This document shows positions 28,779 to 38,439 of a stretch of DNA of 64,000 bases, in pieces. Each line of letters begins with the position of its first letter. Within the stretch, counting starts at the first letter, position 1. A program made the position numbers and the translations under genes. The stretch comes from an uncultured Planctomycetia bacterium. GTDB taxonomy: Bacteria; Omnitrophota; Gorgyraeia; Duberdicusellales; Duberdicusellaceae. The notes under the pieces were generated by a model. It saw nothing but the letters and a program-made list of their open reading frames with translations. It was not told where the DNA came from and ran no database searches. The stretch is from positions 224,949-288,948 of the forward strand of contig CAZWJT010000001.1 in NCBI GenBank assembly GCA_964634935.1, given 5' to 3'.

Positions 28779-29372
28779 CTAATCATATCCCGGTAACGCT
28801 TTGCCCTGGGGAATAGCTTTTAGCAGATAATCGAATTCTATGTTCAAGAATGAACCTGTTTTCTTCTGGTGGAAAATTGTGTGTGAAAAAGTAAAAGGTA
28901 TTATGTGTACCGTAAACCTGCCTGAATGGACTTGCGCCACGGTCAAACTTACTCCATCTAACGCGATAGAACCTTTCTCGACGATATATTTTGTCCAGCT
29001 TTTCGGAACTACAACTTCACAGATATAGAAATCGCCTCGACGATGCAAATGGACTATTTTCCCTTCACAATCAATATGCCCCAAAACGAAATGACCACTC
29101 ACTCTTTTCCCAAAAATAAGAGCACGCTCTAAATTCACCGACTGGCCAGTCTGAAATCGCTTTAAGTTTGTCGCATCCAGGGTTGGCTTAACCACCTCAA
29201 AATAAGTAACCGACTGCCCCTGCTCCACAGCTGTTAAACATGCGCCATTTACCGCAATACTCTCGCCTGGACATATGTCTTGATAGGAAGTCTCGATTCC
29301 TACGCGCCAGGAAGCCACCATCCGCCTTATTGAATAAATCTTTCCTGTTTTTTCAACAATACCGGTAAACAT
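28779..29372 (-). CDS. ribE: Riboflavin synthase alpha subunit
   Basis: MFTGIVE start and two lumazine-binding repeats; 197 aa. Confidence 0.9.
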   Translation of the reverse strand: MFTGIVEKTGKIYSIRRMVASWRVGIETSYQDICPGESIAVNGACLTAVEQGQSVTYFEVVKPTLDATNLKRFQTGQSVNLERALIFGKRVSGHFVLGHIDCEGKIVHLHRRGDFYICEVVVPKSWTKYIVEKGSIALDGVSLTVAQVHSGRFTVHIIPFTFSHTIFHQKKTGSFLNIEFDYLLKAIPQGKALPGYD

Positions 29373-29375
29373 AGA

Positions 29376-29900
29376 CTAAAACTCAATCCCTCTCCGGGCC
29401 TTTATTCCTTTCTTCCAGGGGTGTTTTATATCCATAATTTTACTCACATAATCGGCTCTTTTGATTATTTTCGGAAGAATGGATCTGCCGGTTAGAATCA
29501 ATTCGCATGTTGCAGGACATTTTTGGATAAGTTCAAGCAAAGCTTCTTCTTGAAGAAAGCCATCCTCTACCGCGCTTAAAATTTCATCGAGCATAATCAC
29601 ATCGAATTTCCGGTTCTGCATTTTTTCTGAAACCTGGACTAAAGCCTTCCACATCGAACGGACGAGCGCCTCTCGATCAAATTGTTTTGCCGAGAGAAAA
29701 AAAGGGTGAGTCTGGTCCGGAAAGCGCTCAATCACCAGAAGCCGATTCTTGGAAAAAAACTTAACTTCTCCGCTTGCCGCTCGCTTATCCTTCAAAAACT
29801 GCGCGATATACACTTTTTTCCCCCAGCCTGCGGCTCGAACACACAATCCTAAGCCAGCAGTTGTCTTCCCTTTTCCAGAACCAATATACAAGTGTATCAT
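29376..29900 (-). CDS. cobA: Cob(I)yrinic acid a,c-diamide adenosyltransferase (CobA/BtuR type)
   Basis: P-loop GSGKGKTTAGLGL...AQFLK and overall 174-aa CobA pattern. Confidence 0.85.
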   Translation of the reverse strand: MIHLYIGSGKGKTTAGLGLCVRAAGWGKKVYIAQFLKDKRAASGEVKFFSKNRLLVIERFPDQTHPFFLSAKQFDREALVRSMWKALVQVSEKMQNRKFDVIMLDEILSAVEDGFLQEEALLELIQKCPATCELILTGRSILPKIIKRADYVSKIMDIKHPWKKGIKARRGIEF

Positions 29901-29908
29901 TGATAAAG

Positions 29909-30580
29909 TTATTTATGCTTCCATAAAAAACGAATAAAACGCACCGTGTCAAAAAAAGGCTGTATGGAGCTTTTGTGGTTCTGATATACGCTTTCAATTG
30001 GAACAGAACAGAGAGTAAAACCGGCCTTGCTCGCCCGAAGAATAATCTCGGAATCAATCTCATACCGCGTGCTGGTAAACCGTATAGCCTCAAGCACTTT
30101 TCGCTTTAACGCCTTATACCCACACTGTGAATCGGCTATGTGCTTGCGACAGATACCGGAAATAAGCAATGACATGAATCTATTCGTAAACAACCGGACT
30201 ATTGGCATGCCCTTTGGATGCAGAAGACGATTCCCGATTACCACATCTGCCTGAGAAAGAGCTGACGAAAACTTATGAAGCTCTCCCGGAAGATGTTGCC
30301 CGTCTGAATCCATAATCACGACTGCCTCAAATGACCGGTCATGATCAAGCAAGTATTGAAAACCTCTCTGCAGCGAAGCTCCCTTCCCCATATTTTTCTC
30401 ATTGCGGATAACCACATCGGCGCCGGAATCTTGAGCGCGTTGATGGGTTTGGTCCGAAGAGCCATCATCGATAACCAAAACCCGATATCCACATGATTTC
30501 ATTTCCTGGACAACCGGAACAAGACAATGCTCTTCATTAAACGCTGAAGTAACAATCCAAATCTTACAAACGTCCATCAT
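29909..30580 (-). CDS. Glycosyltransferase family 2 (Dpm1 / polyprenol-phosphate sugar synthase-like)
   Basis: VIDDGSSD and D-x-D motifs (IMDSDGQH). Start trimmed to MMDVCKIWIV, which lies just after the upstream stop; the ORF track extends 52 aa further. Confidence 0.85.
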   Translation of the reverse strand: MMDVCKIWIVTSAFNEEHCLVPVVQEMKSCGYRVLVIDDGSSDQTHQRAQDSGADVVIRNEKNMGKGASLQRGFQYLLDHDRSFEAVVIMDSDGQHLPGELHKFSSALSQADVVIGNRLLHPKGMPIVRLFTNRFMSLLISGICRKHIADSQCGYKALKRKVLEAIRFTSTRYEIDSEIILRASKAGFTLCSVPIESVYQNHKSSIQPFFDTVRFIRFLWKHK

Positions 30581-30587
30581 ATATCGC

Positions 30588-31448
30588 CTATATTTCCTTC
30601 CAGAATGGCTGGAATAAATACCATTGATCAGGATAACGCGAAATGTACTGTTCGATAATTCGTATGTACTCGCTTGCCAAATCGCGTTCCGTCTTATCCT
30701 GCCCATTCTCCGTCTTGGGAAAAATCGGCTTTTCAAAAATAAGAGAGAATTTTCCGCTTGGACGCCGGATCATAAAACCAGGAACGATGCTGGCTCCTGT
30801 TCTCAGAGAAAACCGTGCCGGCCCAAGGGGAAAAATTGCTGGTTTCCCAAAAAAAGGAAATACCTCCCCGGAACCGGAAAAATCTCTGTCACCAAGAAAC
30901 GCAACCATCTTGCCTTCCTTCAGAACTTGGAAGCATTTTTTTAAAGCTATCCCCAATGGAATAACCCCCACACCGCACCGTTTACGCTGTGCGTCAAAAA
31001 AATGATTTACCCGCGGATCAGCATGCGGTAGCGCCACCGCATAAAAAGGATATCCTAAAAGCCCGAGCACCGCTCCACCGAGCTCCCAGTTGCCAATATG
31101 AGCAGTCAGGACAAGAACACCCTTACCAAGATTATAGCTCTCTTTGAGAAAATTTTCATTTTCGATTTTCACTCTCTCTGCAATAAATCTTTGGTTCACG
31201 CGCGAAAAACAGAAAAAATCAACTAAATATTTACTAAAATTAAAGAAAAGCTGGACCGCAATACGTTTTTTTCGCCATACTGATACATCGGGCATGATAC
31301 ACTTTAGATTCTCCTGAACACCCCTCCAGTCTCTGGGAGAAAAAATGATGTGAAATGACGCAAGACTGCACGCAAAGAAATAAGCAACGCCCCTGGGCAA
31401 CAGAAGCGCCAGAAACTGCCCGCAAAGATACAGCCAATATCGAATCAT
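30588..31448 (-). CDS. Lipid A biosynthesis (LpxL/HtrB/MsbB-family) lysophospholipid acyltransferase
   Basis: N-terminal TM region. Active-site HIGNWE. 286 aa. ATGA overlap with the upstream GT28 gene. Confidence 0.8.
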   Translation of the reverse strand: MIRYWLYLCGQFLALLLPRGVAYFFACSLASFHIIFSPRDWRGVQENLKCIMPDVSVWRKKRIAVQLFFNFSKYLVDFFCFSRVNQRFIAERVKIENENFLKESYNLGKGVLVLTAHIGNWELGGAVLGLLGYPFYAVALPHADPRVNHFFDAQRKRCGVGVIPLGIALKKCFQVLKEGKMVAFLGDRDFSGSGEVFPFFGKPAIFPLGPARFSLRTGASIVPGFMIRRPSGKFSLIFEKPIFPKTENGQDKTERDLASEYIRIIEQYISRYPDQWYLFQPFWKEI

Positions 31449-32569
31449 GACTGAGACGACAAACTAAGCGCAAGCCGTGCGATATCCAGAGAAGATTCAG
31501 CCCGAGAGAATAACCCGGCATTGCGCCTAAGCTCTTCCAGCAGATCCCGATTCAACAAGAGGCTTTTGATAATGAGCGCTGCCTGATAAGGATTTCTTGC
31601 TGCCAAAGCAACCTTATGTTTCACTAAATACCGCATATTCCGCTCTTCTTGGCCAGGAATGGGATTTACAATAACAATTGCCATGCTTTTAGCCAAGGCC
31701 TCAGAAATGGTAATCCCTCCTGGCTTGGTGACGATAATATCGGAAAAATCCATAAATTCACTAATACTATCAACATACCCATGCACAGAAACGGGCTTCC
31801 GGAATGTAGCCTTATGGTCTAAAAACCACTGATGGAGAGCTTGATTTCTGCCACAAACGATAATACACTGAAAATCACTTGCAAGCATGTCCAAATCCTG
31901 AACGAGCTCTCTTAAAGGCCCAAAGCCGGAACCTCCTCCCATCAGAAGCACGGCAGGCAAACCCTGCTGAAATCCATATTTCGTAGCGATTTCGCCTTTC
32001 GGTTTTTTCTGACGGAAAGAAGGCATAATCGGTATACCGAAAACCTTAATCCGGGAAACCGGGACACCACGCTCAGCCAAATACTCCATCCCCTGCTGGG
32101 TCGGAACAGTATAGTAAGTAACCTGATCATAAACCCAGAACCCGTGAGGAAGAAAATCCGTGACCGATGCAACTAAGGGAAGCTGGGAAGAATAATGTTT
32201 TTTAAAAGAAGCAACCACCCCACACGGGAAAGCCTGGGTGCATACAACAACATCTGGCTTAAGACGCAAAAAAAGATTGTGTGCCTTCTGACGATCCAGC
32301 CAATGAAGCAGCTTCTGCCAAAAACCCAAAGATCGGACGACTTTTCTCCGGTCATAGATTCTCCCCCAAAACTGAGGAAATTTTTTCAGGGTAAAAATAT
32401 AAAGGGCATTGATAACACCCGAAGCAAAGGGATGAAAAAAACGGAGCGCATCAATGGTAATAACCGTAGCTGCTTTATCCACACAGAGAAAAGCCTGCTT
32501 CAGCGATTTTGCCGCCTTGTAGTGCCCGGAAGACGGAGTAATATAAAAAATGATTATTCTTTTTCCCAT
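31445..32569 (-). CDS. MGDG-synthase / UgtP-like diacylglycerol glycosyltransferase (GT28)
   Basis: N-terminus IIIFYITPSSGHYKAAKSL. C-terminal GT28 domain (LLMGGGSG...VTKPGGITISEA). Confidence 0.7.
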   Translation of the reverse strand: MGKRIIIFYITPSSGHYKAAKSLKQAFLCVDKAATVITIDALRFFHPFASGVINALYIFTLKKFPQFWGRIYDRRKVVRSLGFWQKLLHWLDRQKAHNLFLRLKPDVVVCTQAFPCGVVASFKKHYSSQLPLVASVTDFLPHGFWVYDQVTYYTVPTQQGMEYLAERGVPVSRIKVFGIPIMPSFRQKKPKGEIATKYGFQQGLPAVLLMGGGSGFGPLRELVQDLDMLASDFQCIIVCGRNQALHQWFLDHKATFRKPVSVHGYVDSISEFMDFSDIIVTKPGGITISEALAKSMAIVIVNPIPGQEERNMRYLVKHKVALAARNPYQAALIIKSLLLNRDLLEELRRNAGLFSRAESSLDIARLALSLSSQS

Positions 32570-32611
32570 AATCTGCTTACATCCGATTATCCGTTTGCCT
32601 TCCCAAAACCC

Positions 32612-33790
32612 CTAACCAGTAATAATGCCTTTTTTCTTTAAAGCGCTAGCAAAAGCATCCACAACAAACGGATTATATTGAGTGCCCTTGCGAAGCATGA
32701 TTTCTCGAAGTGCAGTAAGATATGCAAGAGATTTCCTATACGGCCTTTCTGAGGTCATCGCATCAAAGCAATCGGCAACTGCGATAATGCTTGCAATCAA
32801 AGGAATATCCTTCCCACGCATTCCTTGAGGGTACCCACGGCCATTATAATATTCATGATGGTACTTTACGGCAACTGCTGCGTTTTTCAATTCACGAATC
32901 GGTTTGATCATATTGTATCCGATGAGCGGATGACGATGAACCACCGTGCGTTCCTTCTGAGTTAACCCCTGACGTTTATTCAAGATATGCTCAGGAATTC
33001 CGATCTTCCCGATATCGTGAAGAATTCCAGCAATACGAACATCTTCTTTCATGGAAAGGTACGTCTTTTTGTCAATAAGCCCTCCCTGATAGATTTCCTC
33101 GAGGATACTTAAAGCATACTCAGTCACTCGTTCAGTATGACCCAAAGTATAAGAATCTTTCGCCTCTATGGCCCCTGATAAAACTTTCATCATATTGAGA
33201 AATAATTCCCGGTTCTTTTCCACCTGGGATTTTAAGTTTTTAAAAAGCCAGGCATTTTTTAAAGCCATAGCCACATCCAGGGAGAGTACGGACAAAAATC
33301 CCAGTTCCGCAGTCGTGAAATCTTTATTGTTGTTTTTGCGGCCAAACACAGCAACTCCCAAAAGTTCTTTATGAAAATAACAAGGAATGCAAGCATCCGC
33401 TTTTAATCGAACGAATTCACGCTGTATCTTTTCGAAAAATTCCCGATCCCGGCTCCGCTGTTGTCTTTCCAGAAGAATGTCGAGTTGGGAAGAAAGCAAA
33501 TACTGCTTACCCCATTTCTGATGACGAACGCCATTATTAAAATAACGGATCAACGGGTTGTCAGTGCTCACTTCTCCTGCTTTCCGGGACAAAGAACAGT
33601 GAGCATCACGAGAGGCAACTGCGAAAGAATATTTACCGCGGTCGCTATTGTAAAATAAAATCCCTGCATGACAGATATCAATGTTCTTTACGACGGTCTT
33701 CAAGATAAGCTTAATCAGCAGATACGGATCGTGGATTAAAATCATCTGCCGTGCGGCATCTTCGAGAGTCTTGCGATACTTGACGCTCAT
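32612..33790 (-). CDS. GAF domain-containing HD-GYP phosphodiesterase (c-di-GMP)
   Basis: N-terminal GAF-like region. HD motif ILHDIGKIGIP. GYP motif YNGRGYPQG. Confidence 0.85.
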   Translation of the reverse strand: MSVKYRKTLEDAARQMILIHDPYLLIKLILKTVVKNIDICHAGILFYNSDRGKYSFAVASRDAHCSLSRKAGEVSTDNPLIRYFNNGVRHQKWGKQYLLSSQLDILLERQQRSRDREFFEKIQREFVRLKADACIPCYFHKELLGVAVFGRKNNNKDFTTAELGFLSVLSLDVAMALKNAWLFKNLKSQVEKNRELFLNMMKVLSGAIEAKDSYTLGHTERVTEYALSILEEIYQGGLIDKKTYLSMKEDVRIAGILHDIGKIGIPEHILNKRQGLTQKERTVVHRHPLIGYNMIKPIRELKNAAVAVKYHHEYYNGRGYPQGMRGKDIPLIASIIAVADCFDAMTSERPYRKSLAYLTALREIMLRKGTQYNPFVVDAFASALKKKGIITG

Positions 33791-33873
33791 GGGTCTATTC
33801 GTTCCTTTCGCTATAAATCATACCCATCGCAAGGTAAATAAAACAGTCTGAAACCCTTGGTTGAAGAAACCAC

Positions 33874-34104
33874 TCACCATTGTAACTCTCCTTTTGTTTC
33901 CAGCTGAGGATGGTACCGAAGAGTAAGCCTATTTTTGCACTTGGGGCATCGGAAAGACCTCTTCTGATTCCTTCGATAACGATAGACGAGCCCTGGAAGA
34001 ATAAAAAGAAAGAAAAGAACCTGTTCTTTTTTCTTGTTCCCCGGCCTCACCACTTCCTCGCTCCCAACAAACTTGCAGTGAGGACAATATATCTTTCTCG
34101 CCAT
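33874..34104 (-). CDS. Small zinc-ribbon membrane protein (76 aa; CPHC...TM...CPKC)
   Basis: Start trimmed to MARKIYCPHCKF (1 nt after the motB stop). Central hydrophobic helix VLFFLFILPGLVY is flanked by two CxxC pairs. Confidence 0.45.
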   Translation of the reverse strand: MARKIYCPHCKFVGSEEVVRPGNKKKEQVLFFLFILPGLVYRYRRNQKRSFRCPKCKNRLTLRYHPQLETKGELQW

Positions 34105-34105
34105 A

Positions 34106-34993
34106 CTAATTATTGCTTTCTCCTGGATGAGACTGGACCTCCCCCGGGCTCTGAACCCGCGGTGTTTGCATGGAAACCTCTGTAACCTTTCTTTCTGGAT
34201 CAAGGAGAATCAAGACTACCCGCCGGTTCTTCTTTCTCCCTTCATCTGTAGTATTAGAGGCAACCGGCTGAGTATCAGCAAAACCAGTCGCTTTCAAGCG
34301 TCCCTGAGAAACCCCTTTTTGTTTGATCAAATACTCAACAACTACAACTGCCCGAGCGACTGAAAGATCCCAATTCGAAGTATACCGCTCAAGCCCCTTC
34401 CCCCAGCCAAAATAAGCCCGCTCATCAACAGGAATATTATCAGTATGCCCTTCGATAGAAACCGCATTCTCACAGCTTTTAACAATACTACCAAACATAT
34501 CTAGATAATCCTTTGCGGCAGGAACGAGCTTCGCGCTCCCTTTCTTAAAAAGCAGGTCGGCGCTCACCTTGACCGCAATCCCATCTTTTACCCGGCCAAT
34601 CTCGGTGTGCTGGGCGCCTGCGCTCTCTTGAATTTGTTTCTTCACCTTCTGATAGAAATCACTTGCGGCAGAAGTGGTAAAATCAACCGATTCCTTTCCC
34701 TCTTCCTGAGTCGTAGGAACGCTGATATCATCTTTCCGTTCAGCGGTCTTTACCATGGCAAGTCCTGCAGAGCCTTTTTCCTGTGAATCAGAAAGAAGCA
34801 TCCCGCCAAAACTCCCCAATGCTCCCCTGAGAGAACCAATTGCCCGGCCAAATTTTTTCTCTTCAATACTGGAAAAAGCAACTAAAAGCACGAAGAAACA
34901 AAGCAGGAGATTGTTTAGATCTCCCATAGTCATAACCCAAGCCGGAGCGCCTTCTTCTACTTCCTCTTTATTCAAAAAATCATCGAGCGCCAT
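34106..34993 (-). CDS. motB: MotB-like stator protein with OmpA-family peptidoglycan-binding domain
   Basis: N-terminus PAWVMTMGDLNNLLLCFFVLL with the conserved TM Asp. C-terminal OmpA-like region SIEGHTDN...NRRV. Confidence 0.85.
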   Translation of the reverse strand: MALDDFLNKEEVEEGAPAWVMTMGDLNNLLLCFFVLLVAFSSIEEKKFGRAIGSLRGALGSFGGMLLSDSQEKGSAGLAMVKTAERKDDISVPTTQEEGKESVDFTTSAASDFYQKVKKQIQESAGAQHTEIGRVKDGIAVKVSADLLFKKGSAKLVPAAKDYLDMFGSIVKSCENAVSIEGHTDNIPVDERAYFGWGKGLERYTSNWDLSVARAVVVVEYLIKQKGVSQGRLKATGFADTQPVASNTTDEGRKKNRRVVLILLDPERKVTEVSMQTPRVQSPGEVQSHPGESNN

Positions 34994-35009
34994 AAAAATT
35001 CATCCTAGC

Positions 35010-35807
35010 TTATTTTTTCTCTTGGGCCGGCGGCTGTTCTTGCTGCTGTTTTAACTTTTTCCTGAGTACCGGCGAAAGAAATATAGTCAACGCTTCTTCA
35101 ATCATAACTGAATTTTCATTTGCCTGGATACGTAAAATACCTTCCAAGATAATCGCTTTATTGACAAGTTCTTCGTCGGAGCGCCACTTAAGCTTCTCAG
35201 CGATTGGATTTAAAAAAAGATATGTAACAAGAGCACCGTAAAAGGTAGTAAGAATAGCAACCGCCATACCAGGCCCGATCTTTTTAGGATCATCGAGCAC
35301 TTTAAACATAGCAACCAATCCAATCAAAGTCCCGATCATTCCAAATGAAGGAGCAAGAGTTGCAAACATCTTTACTACTTTTATCCCTTTATCATGACGG
35401 CTCTGGACAAAAGCCATGTCTCGTTCAAGGATATTCCGCAAGACATCTGGCGGGGTTCTGTCGACAATAAGCACAAGCGCTTTGCGGAAGAATTCATTCT
35501 TAACCTTGCTGATCTCTTCTTCAAGGGCCGAAAAACCCTTGGTTCTCGCAAGCCGAGAGATTGCAACGATCTGCTGGATAATCTCAACCGGAGATTCGAT
35601 CTTATGGGTAAATGCGTGCTTGGTCACATTGAAAAAGTTTGCCACTTCTTTAATCGGGTAGGCAACCAGCGTTCCGGCTGTTGCTCCGCCAAAAACAATC
35701 ATCACTGAAGGAATATCCACGTAGGAAAGAAGGCTCGTTCCCATCATGATAGAAACAATCATCAAGGTAATGCCAACAACGATACCGATAATCGTACCTA
35801 AATCCAT
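35010..35807 (-). CDS. motA: MotA/TolQ/ExbB-family proton-channel stator protein
   Basis: Four TM helices in the MotA arrangement. ATG at 35807 used (the track start at 35828 is TTG). 10-nt overlap with the upstream lipoprotein gene. Confidence 0.85.
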   Translation of the reverse strand: MDLGTIIGIVVGITLMIVSIMMGTSLLSYVDIPSVMIVFGGATAGTLVAYPIKEVANFFNVTKHAFTHKIESPVEIIQQIVAISRLARTKGFSALEEEISKVKNEFFRKALVLIVDRTPPDVLRNILERDMAFVQSRHDKGIKVVKMFATLAPSFGMIGTLIGLVAMFKVLDDPKKIGPGMAVAILTTFYGALVTYLFLNPIAEKLKWRSDEELVNKAIILEGILRIQANENSVMIEEALTIFLSPVLRKKLKQQQEQPPAQEKK

Positions 35808-36913
35808 ACAATCCTCCTCATCTCCCAAGAGATGCCGCTCAATGTATCCTGATTTTCCTCATACCATTTATTCCATTCATCAATCGCTTTCTTGTTCTCA
35901 TCGCTGTTCAAGTCACTCTTAAAATCAAATCTCTTGCCCGTAAGTTCAAAAAGCCAAATGATGGCTTCATAGCGAATCAGAGAATCATCGACCGGAAGAA
36001 GGTCAATTAACGCCTTAATGATCCGCTTATCCTTTCTTCCGGCGAGGGCTTCTTTCAAAAAATCAAGATCGTCAACGATCTCATCATTGATCTTGAAATT
36101 AATCAGTTTTCCGGCCTGGCCACCCTTGGCTGCGTCATCCAACTTCTTTTTCTGTTTTGTAACTGTTTCAATCAAGTATTCATAGGGGGAATCATCGCCA
36201 AGCGCAAGAATCGCTCCCGCAATTCCTATCTTGACCGGTTCTTTTACTCCGGAAGCTTTGCGATCCTTCTCAAAAACCTCTTTGAGCTTAGGCAAAGTTT
36301 CCTTTACCTTTAGGTCCTTTAAGCCCAAAGCCGCTTCAAGCCGAACAGCAAAACTCGGATCATCAAGACCCTTGATAAGATACGGCACAGCGTTCTCCTG
36401 TAAAAAACTCCGTAATCCTCCTAAGGCATATTTCCGGATCCGTTCATCAGTATCCTGAAAACCTTGCTCAAGCAAAGAAAGCAGAGTTTCCGGATTGCGC
36501 AGTGCGACTAAACTGGAAAGAGCGACTGAACGCTTGGGAAAACTTTCATGCTTGAGCAATTCGGTAAGAACTGCCACTCCTTCCTTATTCTGGGAAAGCG
36601 TAAGCCCGATAAGTTCCCGAGTCGCCGAATGGCTCTCGCTCTTTCCCAAAGCCTGGTCGAATATCTTCAGAAGAATAGGAACTCCCTTTTCCTTAAATGC
36701 TCCGATAGAATTTGCTATTTGGGCTTTCTTAAAAACATCTTCCTCGCGCAGTAAACTTTCCCCGAATTTCTCCAGGTTCTCTTTTTCTTCTGGTGAGATT
36801 GTCGATTCAATAGAACTTACAATCAATCCGATTTGGTCTTTTTTCTCTTGCGGTTTCCCACACCCTGGAATGAAAAGAAAAAAAATAATGCCTATAATCA
36901 GATAAGCCCTCAT
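35798..36913 (-). CDS. HEAT/PBS-lyase-repeat lipoprotein
   Basis: Signal peptide with lipobox-like FIPGC. Repeated HEAT-like units (ERIRKYALGGL..., DDPSFAVRLEAALGL...). Confidence 0.6.
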   Translation of the reverse strand: MRAYLIIGIIFFLFIPGCGKPQEKKDQIGLIVSSIESTISPEEKENLEKFGESLLREEDVFKKAQIANSIGAFKEKGVPILLKIFDQALGKSESHSATRELIGLTLSQNKEGVAVLTELLKHESFPKRSVALSSLVALRNPETLLSLLEQGFQDTDERIRKYALGGLRSFLQENAVPYLIKGLDDPSFAVRLEAALGLKDLKVKETLPKLKEVFEKDRKASGVKEPVKIGIAGAILALGDDSPYEYLIETVTKQKKKLDDAAKGGQAGKLINFKINDEIVDDLDFLKEALAGRKDKRIIKALIDLLPVDDSLIRYEAIIWLFELTGKRFDFKSDLNSDENKKAIDEWNKWYEENQDTLSGISWEMRRIVWI

Positions 36914-36960
36914 TGATAGAAATTGTAATACCAGCAGGGGGTTTTTTCAAGCAAAATGTC

Positions 36961-38433
36961 CTATGTTTTTGGCTGCTCGGTAGCAGTAATCTTGATCTGG
37001 CCAACAATATAATCAACGATATCCTTATTGTTATAAGGAATTTTGATATAATCAGTCCCACTCCGTGAAGGTTGTTCGGTATAGACAACTTCATCGATCA
37101 TATAGTGTTTCACATAGAATGCGCCTTCAGGAATAGTGATGCTCGTGTAGAAACCGGCTTTAATATAATACTCACCTGCGGGGATATTCTGGGGAAGAGC
37201 AACCCGTACTGGTCCGGTTTCAAACTCCGACCCAACGGGCCAAACCGATGACGCAACCGGAGGGTAGCTTTCGGCGCTTAAAAACGTCTTTGCGCTTACC
37301 TTCTCCACAAGCCTGATAAACATCCTGTAGTTTTCTTTTACATGGGTTTCCGTAGTAAGCTTGAGATTGAGCGTAAAAGATTTCCCAGCTTCCGCCAAGG
37401 CAGGAAAATCGGCAGATTTAAAGCTCAAAAACGGGCGCTCATCGACAACCGTAGTTCCTTCTTGTGGAACAAGCTGAATACTGCTTACTGAATAACCTCT
37501 GCGTTCTTTCAATTCAGAGGCATAGAAATCAAAAAAAGCAATATCGGCAATATTGAGGTAATTGGCAATCTCGGCTAAATCAATCTTCACTGTTTTTCCA
37601 TAATGCTCTTTCGGATCAAGCCAGAGCTTGTATCTTCTCTCCTGGGAATCCTTGAGCTGCAAGGTAACATTCGGCTGCTCCCGCTTTGCCCCACCTTCAT
37701 CTTGAATTTGGAAAGTAAGAAAATCGTAGCGAGACCAGTCCGCGTATTCAGGATGCTCTTTAAAAAAATCATCCATGTAGAATGATGGAAACGGATATCC
37801 AGGATAAAACGTAACATCTACCCAGCCCTTGTTCGCCGCAAAGACTGCGCCGATCGTCTTCCAACGATCCAAGTGTGTTTCCTGAGAAAAATCACTCAAA
37901 AGAAGCGGTTCTACCTTTTTTGCTTCGGCTTTTTCTGATTTTATCACTTTTACCGTAGCCACGGTAAAATCTTTGATGTCGGTATTCGAGTATGGCTCGC
38001 GAATATAAGTCTGTTTGTTCTCCTCTAAAACAACCTCCATAACCCCGCACCGTATGCCATAGTCCCCTTCCGGTAAATCCTTGGGTACATAAATACCGTA
38101 AGGTCCGAGTTTAATCACCTCTGAACTGATCCATTCATCAGTTGGATAATCAAGCTCCGTATCGGCGTTCACAATGAGTTTTCCACTGGAGAGATTCACT
38201 AAATGCAGAAAGAGTTTGAGTGATTTTGGGATATAATCGATGACATAAAAACTGACATAGAGGGGAAGCACTTCGCCTTGTTGCACGGTCTCTGGAATCT
38301 CAATGGCCTTAAACGTAAGAAGGGGGGCTCCTTCCCGAACCTTGGAAACAGTCGTAGTATTCTGAGCAAATCCAACCTCGAGTATCATCGACATACATAA
38401 AAAAACAAAAAAGAAAACTTTTGTCTGTTTCAT
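36961..38433 (-). CDS. Secreted hypothetical protein with an internally duplicated domain of about 80 aa (paralog family A)
   Basis: Signal peptide. N- and C-terminal copies of the motif ...LF.HLV....NAD...P...W..GE...GP..I.IP..LP.GEY...G.F. Confidence 0.5.
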   Translation of the reverse strand: MKQTKVFFFVFLCMSMILEVGFAQNTTTVSKVREGAPLLTFKAIEIPETVQQGEVLPLYVSFYVIDYIPKSLKLFLHLVNLSSGKLIVNADTELDYPTDEWISSEVIKLGPYGIYVPKDLPEGDYGIRCGVMEVVLEENKQTYIREPYSNTDIKDFTVATVKVIKSEKAEAKKVEPLLLSDFSQETHLDRWKTIGAVFAANKGWVDVTFYPGYPFPSFYMDDFFKEHPEYADWSRYDFLTFQIQDEGGAKREQPNVTLQLKDSQERRYKLWLDPKEHYGKTVKIDLAEIANYLNIADIAFFDFYASELKERRGYSVSSIQLVPQEGTTVVDERPFLSFKSADFPALAEAGKSFTLNLKLTTETHVKENYRMFIRLVEKVSAKTFLSAESYPPVASSVWPVGSEFETGPVRVALPQNIPAGEYYIKAGFYTSITIPEGAFYVKHYMIDEVVYTEQPSRSGTDYIKIPYNNKDIVDYIVGQIKITATEQPKT

Positions 38434-38439
38434 GTTCTT

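Noticed and set aside
33874-36913. Zorya-like antiphage system (ZorAB are MotAB homologs)
   Set aside because: The MotA here is normal length (about 265 aa) without the long ZorA tail, and no ZorC/ZorD-like or other nuclease/helicase genes are adjacent.
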